A DNA stretch of 58,802 bases, counting the filler, from Sphacelaria rigidula (lineage: Eukaryota), in NCBI GenBank assembly GCA_964200075.2. It is 7 parts of 7 records of this genome, joined end to end, with 100 filler letters (N's around TTAATTAATTAA, not from the genome) between each part and the next. Parts side by side here need not be neighbours in the genome. Positions count along the whole stretch, not along the records: positions 8,416 to 16,730 come from CAXNAA020011555.1; positions 16,831 to 25,145 come from CAXNAA020011556.1; positions 25,246 to 33,560 come from CAXNAA020011557.1; 4 more parts are not named here. One strand, given 5' to 3'. Below the pieces are notes generated by a model. The model was given only the letters and a program-made list of their open reading frames with translations, had not been told where the DNA came from and ran no database searches. Made by a program: the position numbers and the translations under genes. Shown here in pieces: positions 13,393-25,997 of this stretch (the stretch's first letter is position 1; each line of letters begins with the position of its first letter).

Positions 13393-16037
13393 GTAGCAGC
13401 CAAGTCTTGAGACGTGTAGTCGCCAGATTGGAAGGCCGAGGGTTGTCGGATTTTACTTCTTCGTGTACAGGGGAAGTAGGAGTGAATAGTTGTGAAGGAA
13501 TTGATAGAAAACGCTGACGGTGTAAAGATTGGTAAGGAGGGAGGGTCGAGTGGAGAATCATTTTCTTCGGTTGCGTCATATTAAATCGAAAAGGTAGAAA
13601 TGGACGCGAAACACCAGAGTACAATAGGCTGGTGTATCAAAAGCCGGTAGCGCAAGTTCGAAATGCAAGTACCGAAAAATTGGGCAGTAAAGACTACAAA
13701 ATTTATGAAGGTGGGTATACCGAAGTACAGTAAACTGCTGTGATAATAACAATCAGCGTAATCTCGGCAATGTCCAAGTACCGAAAAGGCAGACAGCAGA
13801 GCAAAAGGATAAAGAACTGAAGCTAAACGCCGAAAAGGGAGGAACTGCGGCAGAAATACGATACCTGTAGGGGAAACCATGTATAGGAGACCGCAGGGAG
13901 GCGCACTGAGGGTGTACCGCAGATACTCTAGTCGCAAAGAAACAAACTCGTAGACAAAACCAGTAGTGATCGCAAGAAAGGTGGTCGGTGCGAGAGCAAA
14001 ACGTAACAATGAGGCGACTGTGAAAGAAGGCAGACACCCGGACGGATGTCCGACGGGCGCACTGTGCACGTCAAATATGACAAGGGTACTTAGTGGCCAG
14101 GCACATACTGAACAAGGGTGCTTCAGTGGTGCAATTAGGACACCGCACACAGAAAGTCTAGGAAAACACAACTCGAGACCGCGACAGTAGACACCAGGAC
14201 TCGTGTAGATCACTTGACCAAGGTGAAGGCGATGTATAAATAGATGTAGAATTCAATACAGAAAGAGATTCAAAAGCGCGGCAGCGAGGGTGCGAAACAC
14301 TGGAGTCAAGTGCAGGGGTCCGAGAGGAGACAGCTGTAGCAGCCGACTGAAACACTAATATTGGTGAAGATCAGGCGCGAAACTGAAAATACTACAGGGG
14401 GATACGAGATTTCGAGGCAAAAACAACAGGAAATCGTAAAACGAAGCAGGTAGTACAGCGCCAAAGAGGAAAAAGGTGGACCACGTAGGGTGTGACCAAG
14501 GGCGGATCAAGCGATATAGAATCAAAAGGGAAACATGTGTGATGAGTACGCACGCGAAAAATGAGAAATGTATCACCCAGTACACATACAAAAGATGAAG
14601 AGCGCGTCGCGTAATACACAACCCAAAGATGTAAAGTGGATCACGTAGTGCACACTCGGCGGGAAGTTTGAGAAGCGGGGCTGGGGTGTTGTATGAACCC
14701 GAGGGAGTGTGCGGTGACAGCAGTACAACACCGACACGAGTGAGTAATCGGGGAAGTTGTCGTGTAGTCGGAAGAACGGCAATGTACGGAAGAACAGATA
14801 ATGTGTACTACAGTGCTGCAAGACGTTGGAGCGGTAGCTGCTACTACACAGGTGTTGCACCGAAAACGTAAGCGTGGATGTTGTAAGCGGTGAACTAAAA
14901 CACTAAAGCAGTCAATGTCAAGGGTGATGGGACACCGCACGGTAGACAAAACAGCGGTACACAAGTGTCAACGTCCAGCAAGGATTAAATGTAGTCGCTT
15001 GTGCCGTAAGGTAAAAGCGGCGCGTGTTAGACCTGTCCAGCAAGGTATAATGGCAACTGCCTGCAGGGGCACAACGATCAATCTGACACAGCGCTGAACG
15101 TATTCGTCGAGCAATGCGAAGAAGGAGGACAGTGACAAGGGAGCAAGGGCACTACAGATTAAGAGTGCGAGCTCAGCAAAAGGAGCGACCAATGTAAGAG
15201 AAAGACGAAAGATAAAGTGTGCCAGCGGTGGAGGCGCAAATGTGGCTGCTGCGGCGGAAACGCAAGGGAAGGGATGCAGCATTACAGCACTGTAACACAG
15301 CAAAAAGAAAGCACTGTAAAAGCTAAATGAAAGCAAAGGACTAGGTCTGTTGAAACTGCTACTAACAAGGGAAGATTACAGGGTGAACCAAAAATGAGAA
15401 GCAGCAAACGTAGGCTACAGAAAGAGACAGCTAGACAAGGCAACAAGGCTACACGAATACGCGTGAACGGCTTCTAAAAAACCAGGCAAGACACGTCCTA
15501 CCGTCGACGCCAGTGTAGTAAGGATAGGTATGGACAAGTTTCACACACCTTCCTTGAAAGATCGATGTGCTGCAAGCTAAGCACAAGATGCAACGGTGTG
15601 TCCGAAAGATATACGTTTCACACACGCACAGATTCACGTGACCGATGGCCGACAGTAGCAAATAGACAAAAGGAGCTCGAAGGCTTGGTATCTTGTAATT
15701 CTCACTTGTTATTCTCTTGCTCGCCTAGCGTACTGTTCTCACCAAAGGTAAGCAGTAGGAGCAGATGATCCAGCCAGCTCAGAGAGTGAGCAAGGATGCA
15801 TGAGATCCATGCAACGCGGCCTATCTGACCTCGGCCCGAGAAGGCGTTATACCTTCTCGGGGCTAGGGTACACCAGTCTGTACACCAACCTTCTCCAGAG
15901 CCATGGGAGTATTCCCATGAACAGGTCAGATGATCTGTGAGGCAACCTGCCCCAAAATTGTCCGTAGGAACAAATAACGCCTTTCTATATTCCTTTCTCA
16001 TGACACGTTTTACATTGTTTCCGAAATTCGGTAGCCG

Positions 16038-16585
16038 ATGGGAATTCCCAAAAATCAACCCTACCTTTTCAAACGGATCTACCCTCCTGCCATTCTTCCG
16101 CACTGCACGATGAGGGGTGTACTCACTTGTTTCTTGCCTTAGTCGTTTGACCATTGACCACGCATCCCTTTCGAGACGAAGCATTGTTCCTACTCCTAAC
16201 AGAGACACCTGCAACATTTCGCTATACGATTGGGGGTTCGGGGGGTTACGCTCGTTCCACTGGTGAACAGGTCTCCAGTGCTGGCGACCCTTTCTGGAAT
16301 CGTCTGCGCTTATCTTTTAGGAATGATTACCATCTGCGTGTTGTTCGTGACCAACACCAAAGACGTTGCGGCCCTGGAAATCGTCAACTTCCCGATGATT
16401 TTTTTTCTGTTCGTCGGAGTGTATGGCATGCGAGGTTTCCGCCTAGTGGTCATGTACAACCAAAATAAACGAGAGCGGTGGGGCCGGTACATCAAAGAAG
16501 CAGCTATGGCCAAGGTGCTTCTGGCGGCCTTCATCGTGATTCAGATTGTCGCTTGGATAGTTGTCGCCGCCGTGGGGGTAGAAAG
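16038..16585 (+). pseudogene. Multi-pass membrane protein exon (7TM / 7TM-RGS-like), interrupted by a LINE fragment
   Basis: PLVNRSPVLATLSGIVCAYLLG...FVGVYGMRGFRLVVMYN...VLLAAFIVIQIVAWIVVAAV gives three TM helices ending at donor AG|GTAAG. A putative N-terminus MGIPKNQPYLFKRIYPPAIL lies upstream of the inserted LINE piece. Confidence 0.5.
16119..16226 (-). mobile_element. 5'-truncated LINE 3' end
   Basis: Close match to 1-110; flanked by similar acgatgaggggt / acgattgggggt (possible degenerate TSD). Confidence 0.65.
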
Positions 16586-16659
16586 GTAAGGAAATCGCCG
16601 TCCTCGCTCCAACCGAAACGGTCATGGACGAAACCAAGCGTCGTTGTGGGTTTCGCATG

Positions 16660-16730
16660 TAACAACAAATTGTGCGAATTGAGGTTTAACTCCGAGATGA
16701 GGTTCAAGCCTAAAACAGTGCTTTTCCCAC
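16660..16730 (+). repeat. Dispersed repeat (also 8416-8456 in reverse and 58594-58662)
   Basis: aacaacaaattgtgcgaattgaggtttaact(c/t)(c/t)gagatgaggttcaagcctaaaacagtgc occurs here and at 58594; its reverse complement is partly present at the start of contig 2. Confidence 0.85.
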
Positions 16731-16864
16731 NNNNNNNNNNNNNNNNNNNNNNNNNNNNNNNNNNNNNNNNNNNNTTAATTAATTAANNNNNNNNNNNNNN
16801 NNNNNNNNNNNNNNNNNNNNNNNNNNNNNNTCAAAGCCAGCCCAAAAGTGTCACGAAAACAATC

Positions 16865-17040
16865 GCTTTACAGCGCCTGATGTTTGGGTTCAGGCGGCAT
16901 GAAACGCCTCATATGGGCGACATTGGCGAGAACGAACCCAAGCGTGGTAATTCCCAGCTGCTCGTTGTGCCCGGCATTTTTCATTTCGATTTACGTGAAC
17001 ATTTTGCCTCCCCAAACCAGCCACTTTTTTTAGAAGGGCT
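16865..17040 (+). repeat. Dispersed repeat (also ~25030-25145 + and ~36620-36760 -)
   Basis: ...catatgggcgacattggcgagaacgaacccaagcgtgg...ccagctgctcg.tg.gc.cggc... is shared by the three copies. Confidence 0.85.
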
Positions 17041-17079
17041 ACAGGCTGGTTCACGGGAAAAAAACCCCAAAACACTCAT

Positions 17080-18015
17080 CGGCAAAACTTCACGCCGTTT
17101 TGAGGAGTTAGACCCTGAAATTTCGCACAGGTGTTCTATGGGTCATAACGCACCTTTGGATGGGCGAGTTTTTTTTTTTCTGTCTGAATTTTTTCACCGT
17201 TTTTCCGGGGTCCAAGTTTTTTCGGGAAAACTTCGATCCAGTCGGACCCCCGTAAAACGATCAAAATTGAAAAATTAAAAACCTCGTCCATACAAAGTTG
17301 CGTAATGACCCATAGAACACCTGTGCAAAATTTGCAGGTCTAACTCCTTAAAACGGCGTGAAGTTTTTCGCGTTTGTGCGATGAACTTTGCCGTGCCACG
17401 GTGAAACGGCGAACTACTAGATTTTTGTATGAAAATGGCGTTTTGGGCCTTTTTCGACGTGAACATGAAAATTCAAGCACCAGTTAATCGATTTTGGCCA
17501 CGAAACTCGGTGAGGTTCTTCCTGGGGTTTGCGGCGGCAGAGCGTTTGCGATAAAAATGTAAAAAGTACTGTAGTGCCGGTTTTCCGGGGTCCCAGAAGG
17601 GATTACTTCGAAAAAACGACTTGGATCCCGTCGGACCCCCGAAAAACGGTGAAAAAAGTCAAGAATTAGAAAAATCTAGTTGATCGACACTTGCGGAATG
17701 ACTTATGGCACAATTTTGCAAAGTTTCAGGGTCTAACTCCTTATAAATGCATGAAGATTTGCGCGTTTGTGCGAGGATGTGAGCTTAAAACGTGCAATCT
17801 CCTAACTACTTGGTTTGAGTATAAACATCTTTTAGGGTAAATTTACGTCAAAGCAGGAAAAAATGTATGACATTTTCGAGTTTCTTTACCGAACTTTATA
17901 CATGTGTTCCGTGGACCATCCTGAGACGCATCAGGTTATTATTTTTTCTTTTGAGTCATTCTCTACCGCCTTCCGGGGGTCTTTGTACTGGGACCCCCGG
18001 AAGCCGGTAGAGAAC
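17080..18015. mobile_element. Modular foldback-like non-autonomous element
   Basis: A ~90-bp arm at 17085-17170 is inverted at 17278-17368 and repeated at ~17680-17772. Nested ccggggtcc...ggacccc palindromes occur at ~17192-17265, 17577-17655 and 17959-18014. Confidence 0.6.
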
Positions 18016-19001
18016 GGGGAAACCTTGAACCCTTGCCAAGAACACAATTTTTCCATTTGGAGCATCAAAAGCTACGGAACTGCCAAGTTTGAGGATGATA
18101 TGAGCTTTTCTACAACAGGTATGAGGGAAATCGTCACGAGGCTCCCTGGGTCTTTCCTGCGCATCATGAGAGGAAATTAGACAACGCCAAACTCCACATC
18201 ACCGAAACATTACGGTTTCGGGTATAATTCGACCCCGTTGGAACCGTTTTCAAATACTTTTCTCCCGTTAGGTTCTTGAGGTGATGACGGCCACTACCAT
18301 TTGAAGCATGTGGAGATTCGGTGGAAATTGGGCTTGGAATTCGTATTTTCAATTTCGGAACAGCTTGAAAGGCGCTGATTGGTCGAGACACATTTTTGTC
18401 CATAGCGGCACCGCTACAGCCTTGAAAAAAAAAATCCGGCTTCGTCACCCTCTTCGTCTGTTCATTGCGGTCAGTATGATATCATGTATGCGACTATTGG
18501 GTGCGTATTGCAGAAGGCATTTGCTGATAACAGAATTTGTTTTTTTTTCGGTGAACCAGTCTGTATCGTAGAAAGTGACTCCGACGAATACCCGGCGCGC
18601 TCCACCCCGGCTTCGTAGGAATGCGAGGTCAATGATGACTATGGCATGCAGGATCATGCAGGGTTACGAGGTCAATAGTTATATATGAATACGGTATGCA
18701 AGATCATGAGTATACCCCTTCCTTGAGATAAGTTCGTCGCCTCGCTCCTGTATGTGCCTGAAATTTTGGTACTGCGGATTGGATTATGACCAGCACTCAG
18801 CACTCCCGCACCGCGTTGACTTTCGCCAAATTCTCTTCGGTAGCCACACCCTCTTCGCGCTTTCAATCTTCAACGACGGAGTCCAGTAGATATTCCTCAG
18901 AGACTATGATATTTGCTAGGATTCGCTGGGATTTGAATCTTCAACCTTAGCCGATGATCGTACATTGGATATGGGCAATAGGGGAGATCATCGGGGGGGG
19001 G

Positions 19002-19447
19002 TGTTCTGCGGGACGAACGAAGAAGAAAAGGGATATAGGATTAGATGAAAAGGCGCAAAGGGCCGAAAGAGAGGCACGTGGTTATAGGTGTGTTTCGAAT
19101 GTTTCTTATTGTGTGGCCTGTCGGCTGCTGTTCTCCACACCTCTTCAGATCCTTGAGCTTTGGTCCCTGTGCCTCAAGGGATCGTTGGCCCATAGCCTCA
19201 AGGGATCATCGACCCGTCTCTTTCCCGGTACAATACCTGCCTTCCACATTGTTATCGAGCATTAGGCCTGCACTCTCGCATCTTCGCCACCTTTCATTAC
19301 CACGCATTATTGCTTCCGTCACATTAGCTCGATATTTCGAACCCGGAGTCAGAGTGCAAGGAACGTAGCATTCTGACCCACTAAGCAAACGCTTATCAGA
19401 GGAAGGAAACGAAACATGTACCCCGAAAAGAGCCTTCTCACGTTACA
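19002..19447 (+). mobile_element. Candidate 3' or solo LTR preceded by a polypurine tract
   Basis: ggggagatcatcgggggggg is followed immediately by TGTT...TTACA (TG...CA ends, ~450 bp). No second copy in the window. Confidence 0.4.
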
Positions 19448-20137
19448 AAAGATCCGTAAAAGACTGATTGGAATACGGGAAACCTCCTCGTTGGATAGCA
19501 ATGTCGCCGCTGTACTCGCGGCGACCCGGCGGTGTATTGGGTACAGTGTAGTGCTGAAAACTCTGTGAGGCCGGTCGGAGGATTGACGATTCGAATCTCG
19601 CCAGATGTGTCCGTTTTGTGTTGTTTTTTTGTGTGTTTGTTTCCTTGCCTGACGAAGCATAAGATTTCTGTCGTTGACAATGTATGGATGTGAGCAGTAG
19701 AGGAAGTGGTTTTGGTGACAGTCGACGCGGTGTGGTAGTGTGGTCTTAGAGTTGTAACTTTTGGCACAGGAAAATACATACCACGCGTTTTGTTTGCTTG
19801 GTGGCTGCTTTTTTTGTTCTCTCAGATGTCAACATTCCGCCAGGACCTGGCCGGTCTTGTTCTGCCTTTTGCCGTGTCCTCATACTCTTAATTATTGTTT
19901 TTTTCGTCTGGATTTCCATAAGAATTTCATGTCTCCAAACCTTGGGTTTCCTTCGTCTTTTTCAACTTGATAACTTCGAAGAAAGAACAAATATATATAT
20001 TTTGTACACAGCAACATTCTTTGTCCCATAAATGTCATACTGCCGGCGCCTGACCGTTTCGATCACTCTCATGTTGTCATTTTCGTGCTCTCCATGCTGT
20101 CATTTCCATGTCGTCCCGGGGGGGGGGGGGTATGCAG

Positions 20138-20230
20138 GTGGGCAAGCGCGTGTTCGAGGGGTGTATACGCGATGCCTTGGCTGGAAAGACGCGCGTGTTA
20201 GTGACCAACCAACTGCAGTTCCTACCTCAG
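20138..20230 (+). CDS. ABCC/MRP-type ABC transporter, internal exon (end of NBD1)
   Basis: cag|VGKRVFEGCIRDALAGKTRVLVTNQLQFLPQ|gtacgt, typical of the ABCC NBD1 switch region; phase 0/0. Confidence 0.9.
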
Positions 20231-20472
20231 GTACGTGACCCCGTTCCAAGGTTGAAAAGGGTAGAAATAGTAGATACCTCGAAGTGAGAGAGTAGTGTGT
20301 GAGAAAAAACCCGGGTTCCAAAGAAACCACTTGACTTGTGTCGTTCGGGGCGGAAGTCTTGAGATCAGGTCGCAGCACAGGACGTGATATGGTTTGGGAA
20401 TCGCGCGCGTGTAAGATGATTGTACGGTGCTTCACCGTCTTGGAATCTTGTTTGTCAGATTGCACGAGAAAC

Positions 20473-20519
20473 AATATATATATATATATATATACGTATA
20501 TATACATATATATATATAT
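20473..20519. repeat. (AT)n microsatellite
   Basis: atatatatat run with two interruptions. Confidence 0.9.
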
Positions 20520-21759
20520 TCGTCCAATTATTGGAGTTCCTAACGGCGTTACTGGCAAATACGTACGTGAGTAAGCGGTACAGCGTCCACTCTGACGGAG
20601 TACATGCTACATCCTATACATCCTACAACGATACCGTGGTAATATTCCAATATATTGTTTTTCCCTTGTCGCAAAAAATAAAATTCGTTTCCCATCCCAA
20701 CAAACATTCCCATTCCATCCTCATTAATTAATTAATTCATCAGTGAATCAATATATACGTCGTACCGTATTATATTTTTTGGCACAGGCTATCCTAAAAC
20801 AAAACAAAACAGCACCATCAACAACAACGATGATGATGACGACGACAACACCAGCAAGCTGCAGAAAAAGCAGCATCGTTTACTCTCGAGACGAAAAACG
20901 GTTTCGTATCCACCCACGACGATCACAGCCACGTGGTGCTTTTGTGTGTCCAGCGCTTTGTTTTGTTGCGAACAGAGTGAGCACACGCATCGATGCCGTG
21001 GCCCCCCCATCGCAAACACACAGTACGTACGTAACATACCATGTATACATGCCTACGTACCTAAGAGAAGCGACTGATGAGAGGAGCACAATCAATAGGG
21101 GTATACGGTCTGCCAAATTATCCTGCCAAGAAAAACAGTCCGTCCGGAGCGTTTGGGCATAGAGACTGTTCGTGTGGGTGATATACCGAGTATAACACCC
21201 CCTGGTGGCAGTTTTCATCCAAGGTCGATTTTGTCTCTTAGATTTAATGGATCACCCGCTGCCAGGGGTGAGAACATGTTCCACGTAGCACCTGCGGTAG
21301 ATCTTGTCGCTCCGGTGGTGAATGCTGCGTTCGGTACCTATGGTAGGTGTTGGGAAGGGAGGCTGTGTGTAGGGGCGCAGCACGAGTGTTCCTGGTGGGA
21401 TACCGCCGCCTCTTTTTCATTATCATGGCCAGCGAGTCAAGTTGAGGAAATAGGGTGACGCTCTTCAATTTTCAGCGAGTATTTTTTCAAGATATTGTTT
21501 GCAAAAAAAGGAGTTCCCACTTCTTTAGAATATTGTGTCGCTTGGACGGCATGTCACCGTATATCAGCAAGAGATTGATTGGTTGTTGCCGATTTGTTTT
21601 TTTCCTGTTGCGAAAAACGTTGATGGAAATCTTTCAAAATCGGTGCAGTTCAGATATAGCATATCACACTTTATTTCTCTTATCGTTGTCTACAACTAAA
21701 AATTGATGTTTGTGTACATTGTGTGATTATTATGGTGTTTTGAAATCTTGTCTCGTCAG

Positions 21760-21942
21760 GTTGACAGGATTGTGGTGATGGGCGAGCTGCCGGGGGTGAA
21801 GGGTGCCACCATCCTGGATCAGGGAACGTTCTCGGAACTGCTCAAGCGAGGGCGGGATCTCAGCAACATCTTGCAAGAGCAGAAGAAGCCGCCAACCACG
21901 ACGGCTGCGACCGATCCAGCTGTGGGGCAGATGACTGATCAG
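21760..21942 (+). CDS. ABCC transporter exon (VDRIVVM...QGTFSELL)
   Basis: cag|GTT...CAG|gtgtga, 61 codons, in phase with the previous exon; matches the post-NBD1 consensus D.I.VM...QGT..EL. Confidence 0.9.
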
Positions 21943-22783
21943 GTGTGATTCTATTACCGTTATTTTCCGCGCATTCATGAGGAGGAGGGCCACCCACGAC
22001 AGTTAGAACGTTCGTTGGCTTGAACGTTTGATGTGAGATCTGCAACTCCGGCATGGTCACTGTTTTTTTTTTCTTTTCTTCATGTGTGTCGCTCGGTTAT
22101 TTTCGAACACAAAATAATGGAAAGTCTACGGGGAGATACAGCATTTACCCAGGCACGTACATTATTACCGAAAGGTGAAGACTGGCGTCCAGAATAGATA
22201 GGATGACAACACACACAAACACACATACATCACATGTCAAGCAGTCATAGTCATACTCCAGAGAAAATCCCATGGCCAAATCTCATGTAAACTCATATCT
22301 AGTTAGTAGACTCCGTGATAGAACTCGACAGATTCGGAAACGATCAGATTTACGTGCTCCATCGAAAGCTGTTGAAAGGTGCAAGGCAAACTAACTCTCG
22401 TGGCACGTATCGCCTTCTGTACACGCTGGGTCCTGTTCTTGAGGCAAAAAAACGAGATTTCACCATTTGTCGTCGACTCACCCCTCCCCCCGCCCCCTCC
22501 CTGTCATCCAAATGCAAGATAATCAGTAGGCTTCGAGCCGAATGATCTTAGCAGGATGCATCTCACCCCTCATGCGACTCACCGAACACACCACGGCGCT
22601 TCGCGCTCAGTGACTGAGTGCGAGCCTGGCCCGGCGAAAACCCAGCGTGCTCCTTCCCGGCTTTTGCACGGATGCGAGGTCAATGGTCCCATGACTGCGG
22701 CATGCAAGATCAGGAGTTCACCCTCACCTCAACCCCTCCTGAACCGTCGTGTTTTCTTTCTGTTTGTGTGTGTAAACTCGCAG

Positions 22784-23218
22784 CTCGAACCGGAACCTTC
22801 CGCAACACCGATTGGTGGATCCGCCGCGGATGAAGGATCCCCATCTGAGCACAAGACGTTCCACCAGCACGGTGCTCATCACACCGCCGCGGAGGCGGGC
22901 GGAGAAGGCAGCCATCTGGATGACACTGGAGTTAGCTCGACTCCAACGTCAACAGAAAAGAAGCTCAGGGGAAATTCTAGATCAGAAGAAGACGGTTCGG
23001 TCGGAGGTCCCGGCGGCGCGCCAACAAAAAGGGCCTCCCGGGGAAATGAGGTGGATTATTGGGGTGAGGGTTCGGGTTCTGCTACCCCCCCCGACGATCT
23101 TTTCTCCCACAGGGTGTTAGAGGAGGGTGATTGCGGGCCGATTGCTGCGCCCGAGCGTACGCGTGTCGCCCAAGGTTCTTCGAGCGATGCTGACGTTGCG
23201 GCGGATGCCTCCATGCAG
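22784..23218 (+). CDS. ABCC transporter exon (disordered NBD1-TMD2 linker)
   Basis: cag|CTC...CAG|gtgact, 145 open codons rich in S/G/E/P, phase-compatible with both flanking exons. Confidence 0.7.
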
Positions 23219-23268
23219 GTGACTGCGCCCTGCTGTGCTGTGTGTGTGTCAATTCTACTTGTGCTATT

Positions 23269-23272
23269 TTGT

Positions 23273-23306
<34 letters not shown>

Positions 23307-23312
23307 GTTGTT
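23269..23312. repeat. (TTG)n microsatellite, intronic
   Basis: Direct reading of the sequence. Confidence 0.9.
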
Positions 23313-23782
23313 TGCGCTATCCCCTTCTTCTGCTATTTCGGAATGTGAGTTGGCGAGGACGAAGGGTGTGCTTGTCGGGGAGGGGGGGGGGGGTGTACTC
23401 ATGTACTCATGGGAGTGGGGGGGGCGTACTCCTTTGTTGCTTGCTTTGAGTCATTCAAGAACTTTTTTGTGTGTGTGTTGGAATGGGGGATGAGGGGGCA
23501 TTGAAGAGTACGTAGAAAACAGTAGCGAAAGGTTGCTACGGTTGACGTAGTTGACGATAACGCTCAAGCCCAAACACGAAAGCGATGCACACGCACTAGG
23601 GTGCACAGTGGCGTAGTATAGGTGTGCCTGCGTGTCTTCTTCGCTGACGTGATGTGTCTAACCCGTTTACAATACTTCCGTTCCCCCAAAATAATGTCTG
23701 TCAGTCGTTCCGTCACTCGCCTCGTTGATTTCACTGCTCACCCCCTTCCCCCCGTTTACCGACCATCCCGTCCAACGTGCAG

Positions 23783-23955
23783 AACCCAGCTGCACCAGGC
23801 GGCGGTGGCTTAATAGCGGCAGAGGAAAGGGTCACAGGCGCCGTGTCGGGCAGGGTGTACGCAGAGTATCTCAGGGCTGCGGGGTCCTGGGGCATGTTGA
23901 CAGGCCTCATGGGTCTCTTCCTCGTGTCCAACATCTCTCTGCAACTACAGCAGTG
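23783..23955 (+). CDS. ABCC transporter exon (start of TMD2)
   Basis: cag|NPAAPGGGGLIAAEERVTGAVSGRVYAEYLRAAGSWG...|gtgag carries the ABCC EER.TG.V...VY..Y motif. Confidence 0.9.
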
Positions 23956-24051
23956 GTGAGAGTTTGTCACTTGCATGGCGTACCGGTACGCCGGACGCTT
24001 GTCTTTGAGGCGGGGGGGGCGCAGGGTGGATTGTTTTTGAGAACTTTGATA

Positions 24052-24110
24052 TGTGTGTGCTTGTGTGCTTGTGTGCTTGTGTGCTTGTGTGCTTGTGTGC
24101 TTGTGTGCTT
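24052..24110. repeat. (GTGTGCTT)n minisatellite
   Basis: About seven tandem 8-mers. Confidence 0.9.
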
Positions 24111-25997
24111 TCTTTTCTCTTTTTTCTTATTATTTTCCTTGGTGCCTCGTGATTCCGAGAGGATGCAGAAGTATAGGCAAAAAGTATATCCACCTATATA
24201 GGTGGATCCTCCTTTCCACCGTCACCTTTTATCATGACCGATCCCGCGTTGTTCTTTTTAATTCGGGAGCCCACACTTTTTTAATCTGGTGCCCGTTATC
24301 GATGTTTGCAAACAAAGTGACGCCTTCACGTGCACCGGAGTGCAGGCAGTAGTCGGTAGTCATATCCTCTGCATCTGCATCCACTCTCATGTACGTGCAT
24401 CTGCATGTAGCCGCGAACCCTACGGTGAAGACGGAATAGTCCTGTACTGTATTGGCAAAGCATAGCTACCCACTGGGCTCGCGAGTACAGCCCGTGCTTG
24501 TAACCTGGCACTACTGTGTTGTCTGCTGCAGAATACAGCCTGTACTCGGACATGCGGTTACAGCGCAAAAAGTGCCGGGGTTCGCGTCCAAGCCAGCTGA
24601 GAAAATGCGAGAACGGGAAAACCTCAGTATCCATCCTGGGTAAATCTGTCGTGTGCCTCCTTCTATTTGATGCGATGGCAACACAATCAAAAGCACAAGA
24701 CATCTGTTCAATGACATTTGTTGGGAGTAGTGTCTCTCATCCAAAAACCATCTCGAAAAATACATGTGAGCACGCCACGGTTGGCAACAAAATGCACCTG
24801 AAATGTCTTGAACATCTGGGTCAAAATGGACAACCCCCCATCGTATGGCTCTAAACGTCCAATGAAATGATCACACAATTCAAGGGAAACAACGGTAAGC
24901 ACGTACAAGACAAAACGATAAAAACGAGTGTATACAGCAGCGACGAACACAAGGAAGACCGACGGAGTAGACACTTTCTACGATAGCCCCCCCCCAAAAC
25001 CTGCTCAACAGTGTAATGAAAAAGATGGCCGTACAGCGCCTGATGTTTGGGCTCAGGCTACATGAAGCGCCTCATATTGGCGATATTGGCAAGAACGAAC
25101 CCAAGCGTGGGAATTCCCAGCTTCTCGTTGTGCTCGGCTTTTCTCNNNNNNNNNNNNNNNNNNNNNNNNNNNNNNNNNNNNNNNNNNNNTTAATTAATTA
25201 ANNNNNNNNNNNNNNNNNNNNNNNNNNNNNNNNNNNNNNNNNNNNCAAGTAGGGTGTCTTGAGTGCGTGTGTGCGTGCTTCGCGCAGGAGAAAATAAAGG
25301 GGAAGCGGACAATGTGCAGGGCAGACAGCCCAAGACTATCAGTCCTCTCTGCTTACAATGCGACTTCAAAATAACCTCAGCAACGTGCAACTTTGTCCTG
25401 CCTGCATTGTCCATGAGCGTGCACTCAACTCGGTTGCCCACAGTACCGGCGCGCAGCTCCGTCCCTCATGACTACCATGAGAAAAGATGCGCAAGTTCTC
25501 GCCAACAAAAAAAATACAAAGCACCACCCGACCACTTTCGTGTATCTATCCCTGAGCTCAACTCGTGCTCTATGCTGCAGGGTTGCGTTGGTAGCTGAGA
25601 ATGAGTTGGATGGAGTTTGTGGTCCTTGTGAACGGATGTTATTTGGCGTGGTGGTCTGTAAGATAAGAGTCAAGTGCGGCTTCGTGCCTGTCGATTGCAC
25701 GTTTTCGATCGATTTTTATTTTTTCAATCGTTGCGTATTTCTCCGCGCGGCGCTAATCATGATTTTGAGTTGAAGCCGTCGAGGAACATAAATGCGGTGG
25801 ACCTATCAGATGATACAATTTTTTCGATTGAGAAAAAAAGTGCCAAGACACACCCTAAGGCAGGGCCTCCGTTGTTTCCTCTACTCTCACAATATCTCAA
25901 ACATCAGTGGTAAAACGAGGAAGTAAAGGGAAAAAACCGCTGGATTCAAGGCTGCAGGGGATATACGCATTGAAGCATTCCTGACGTACATACGCAC

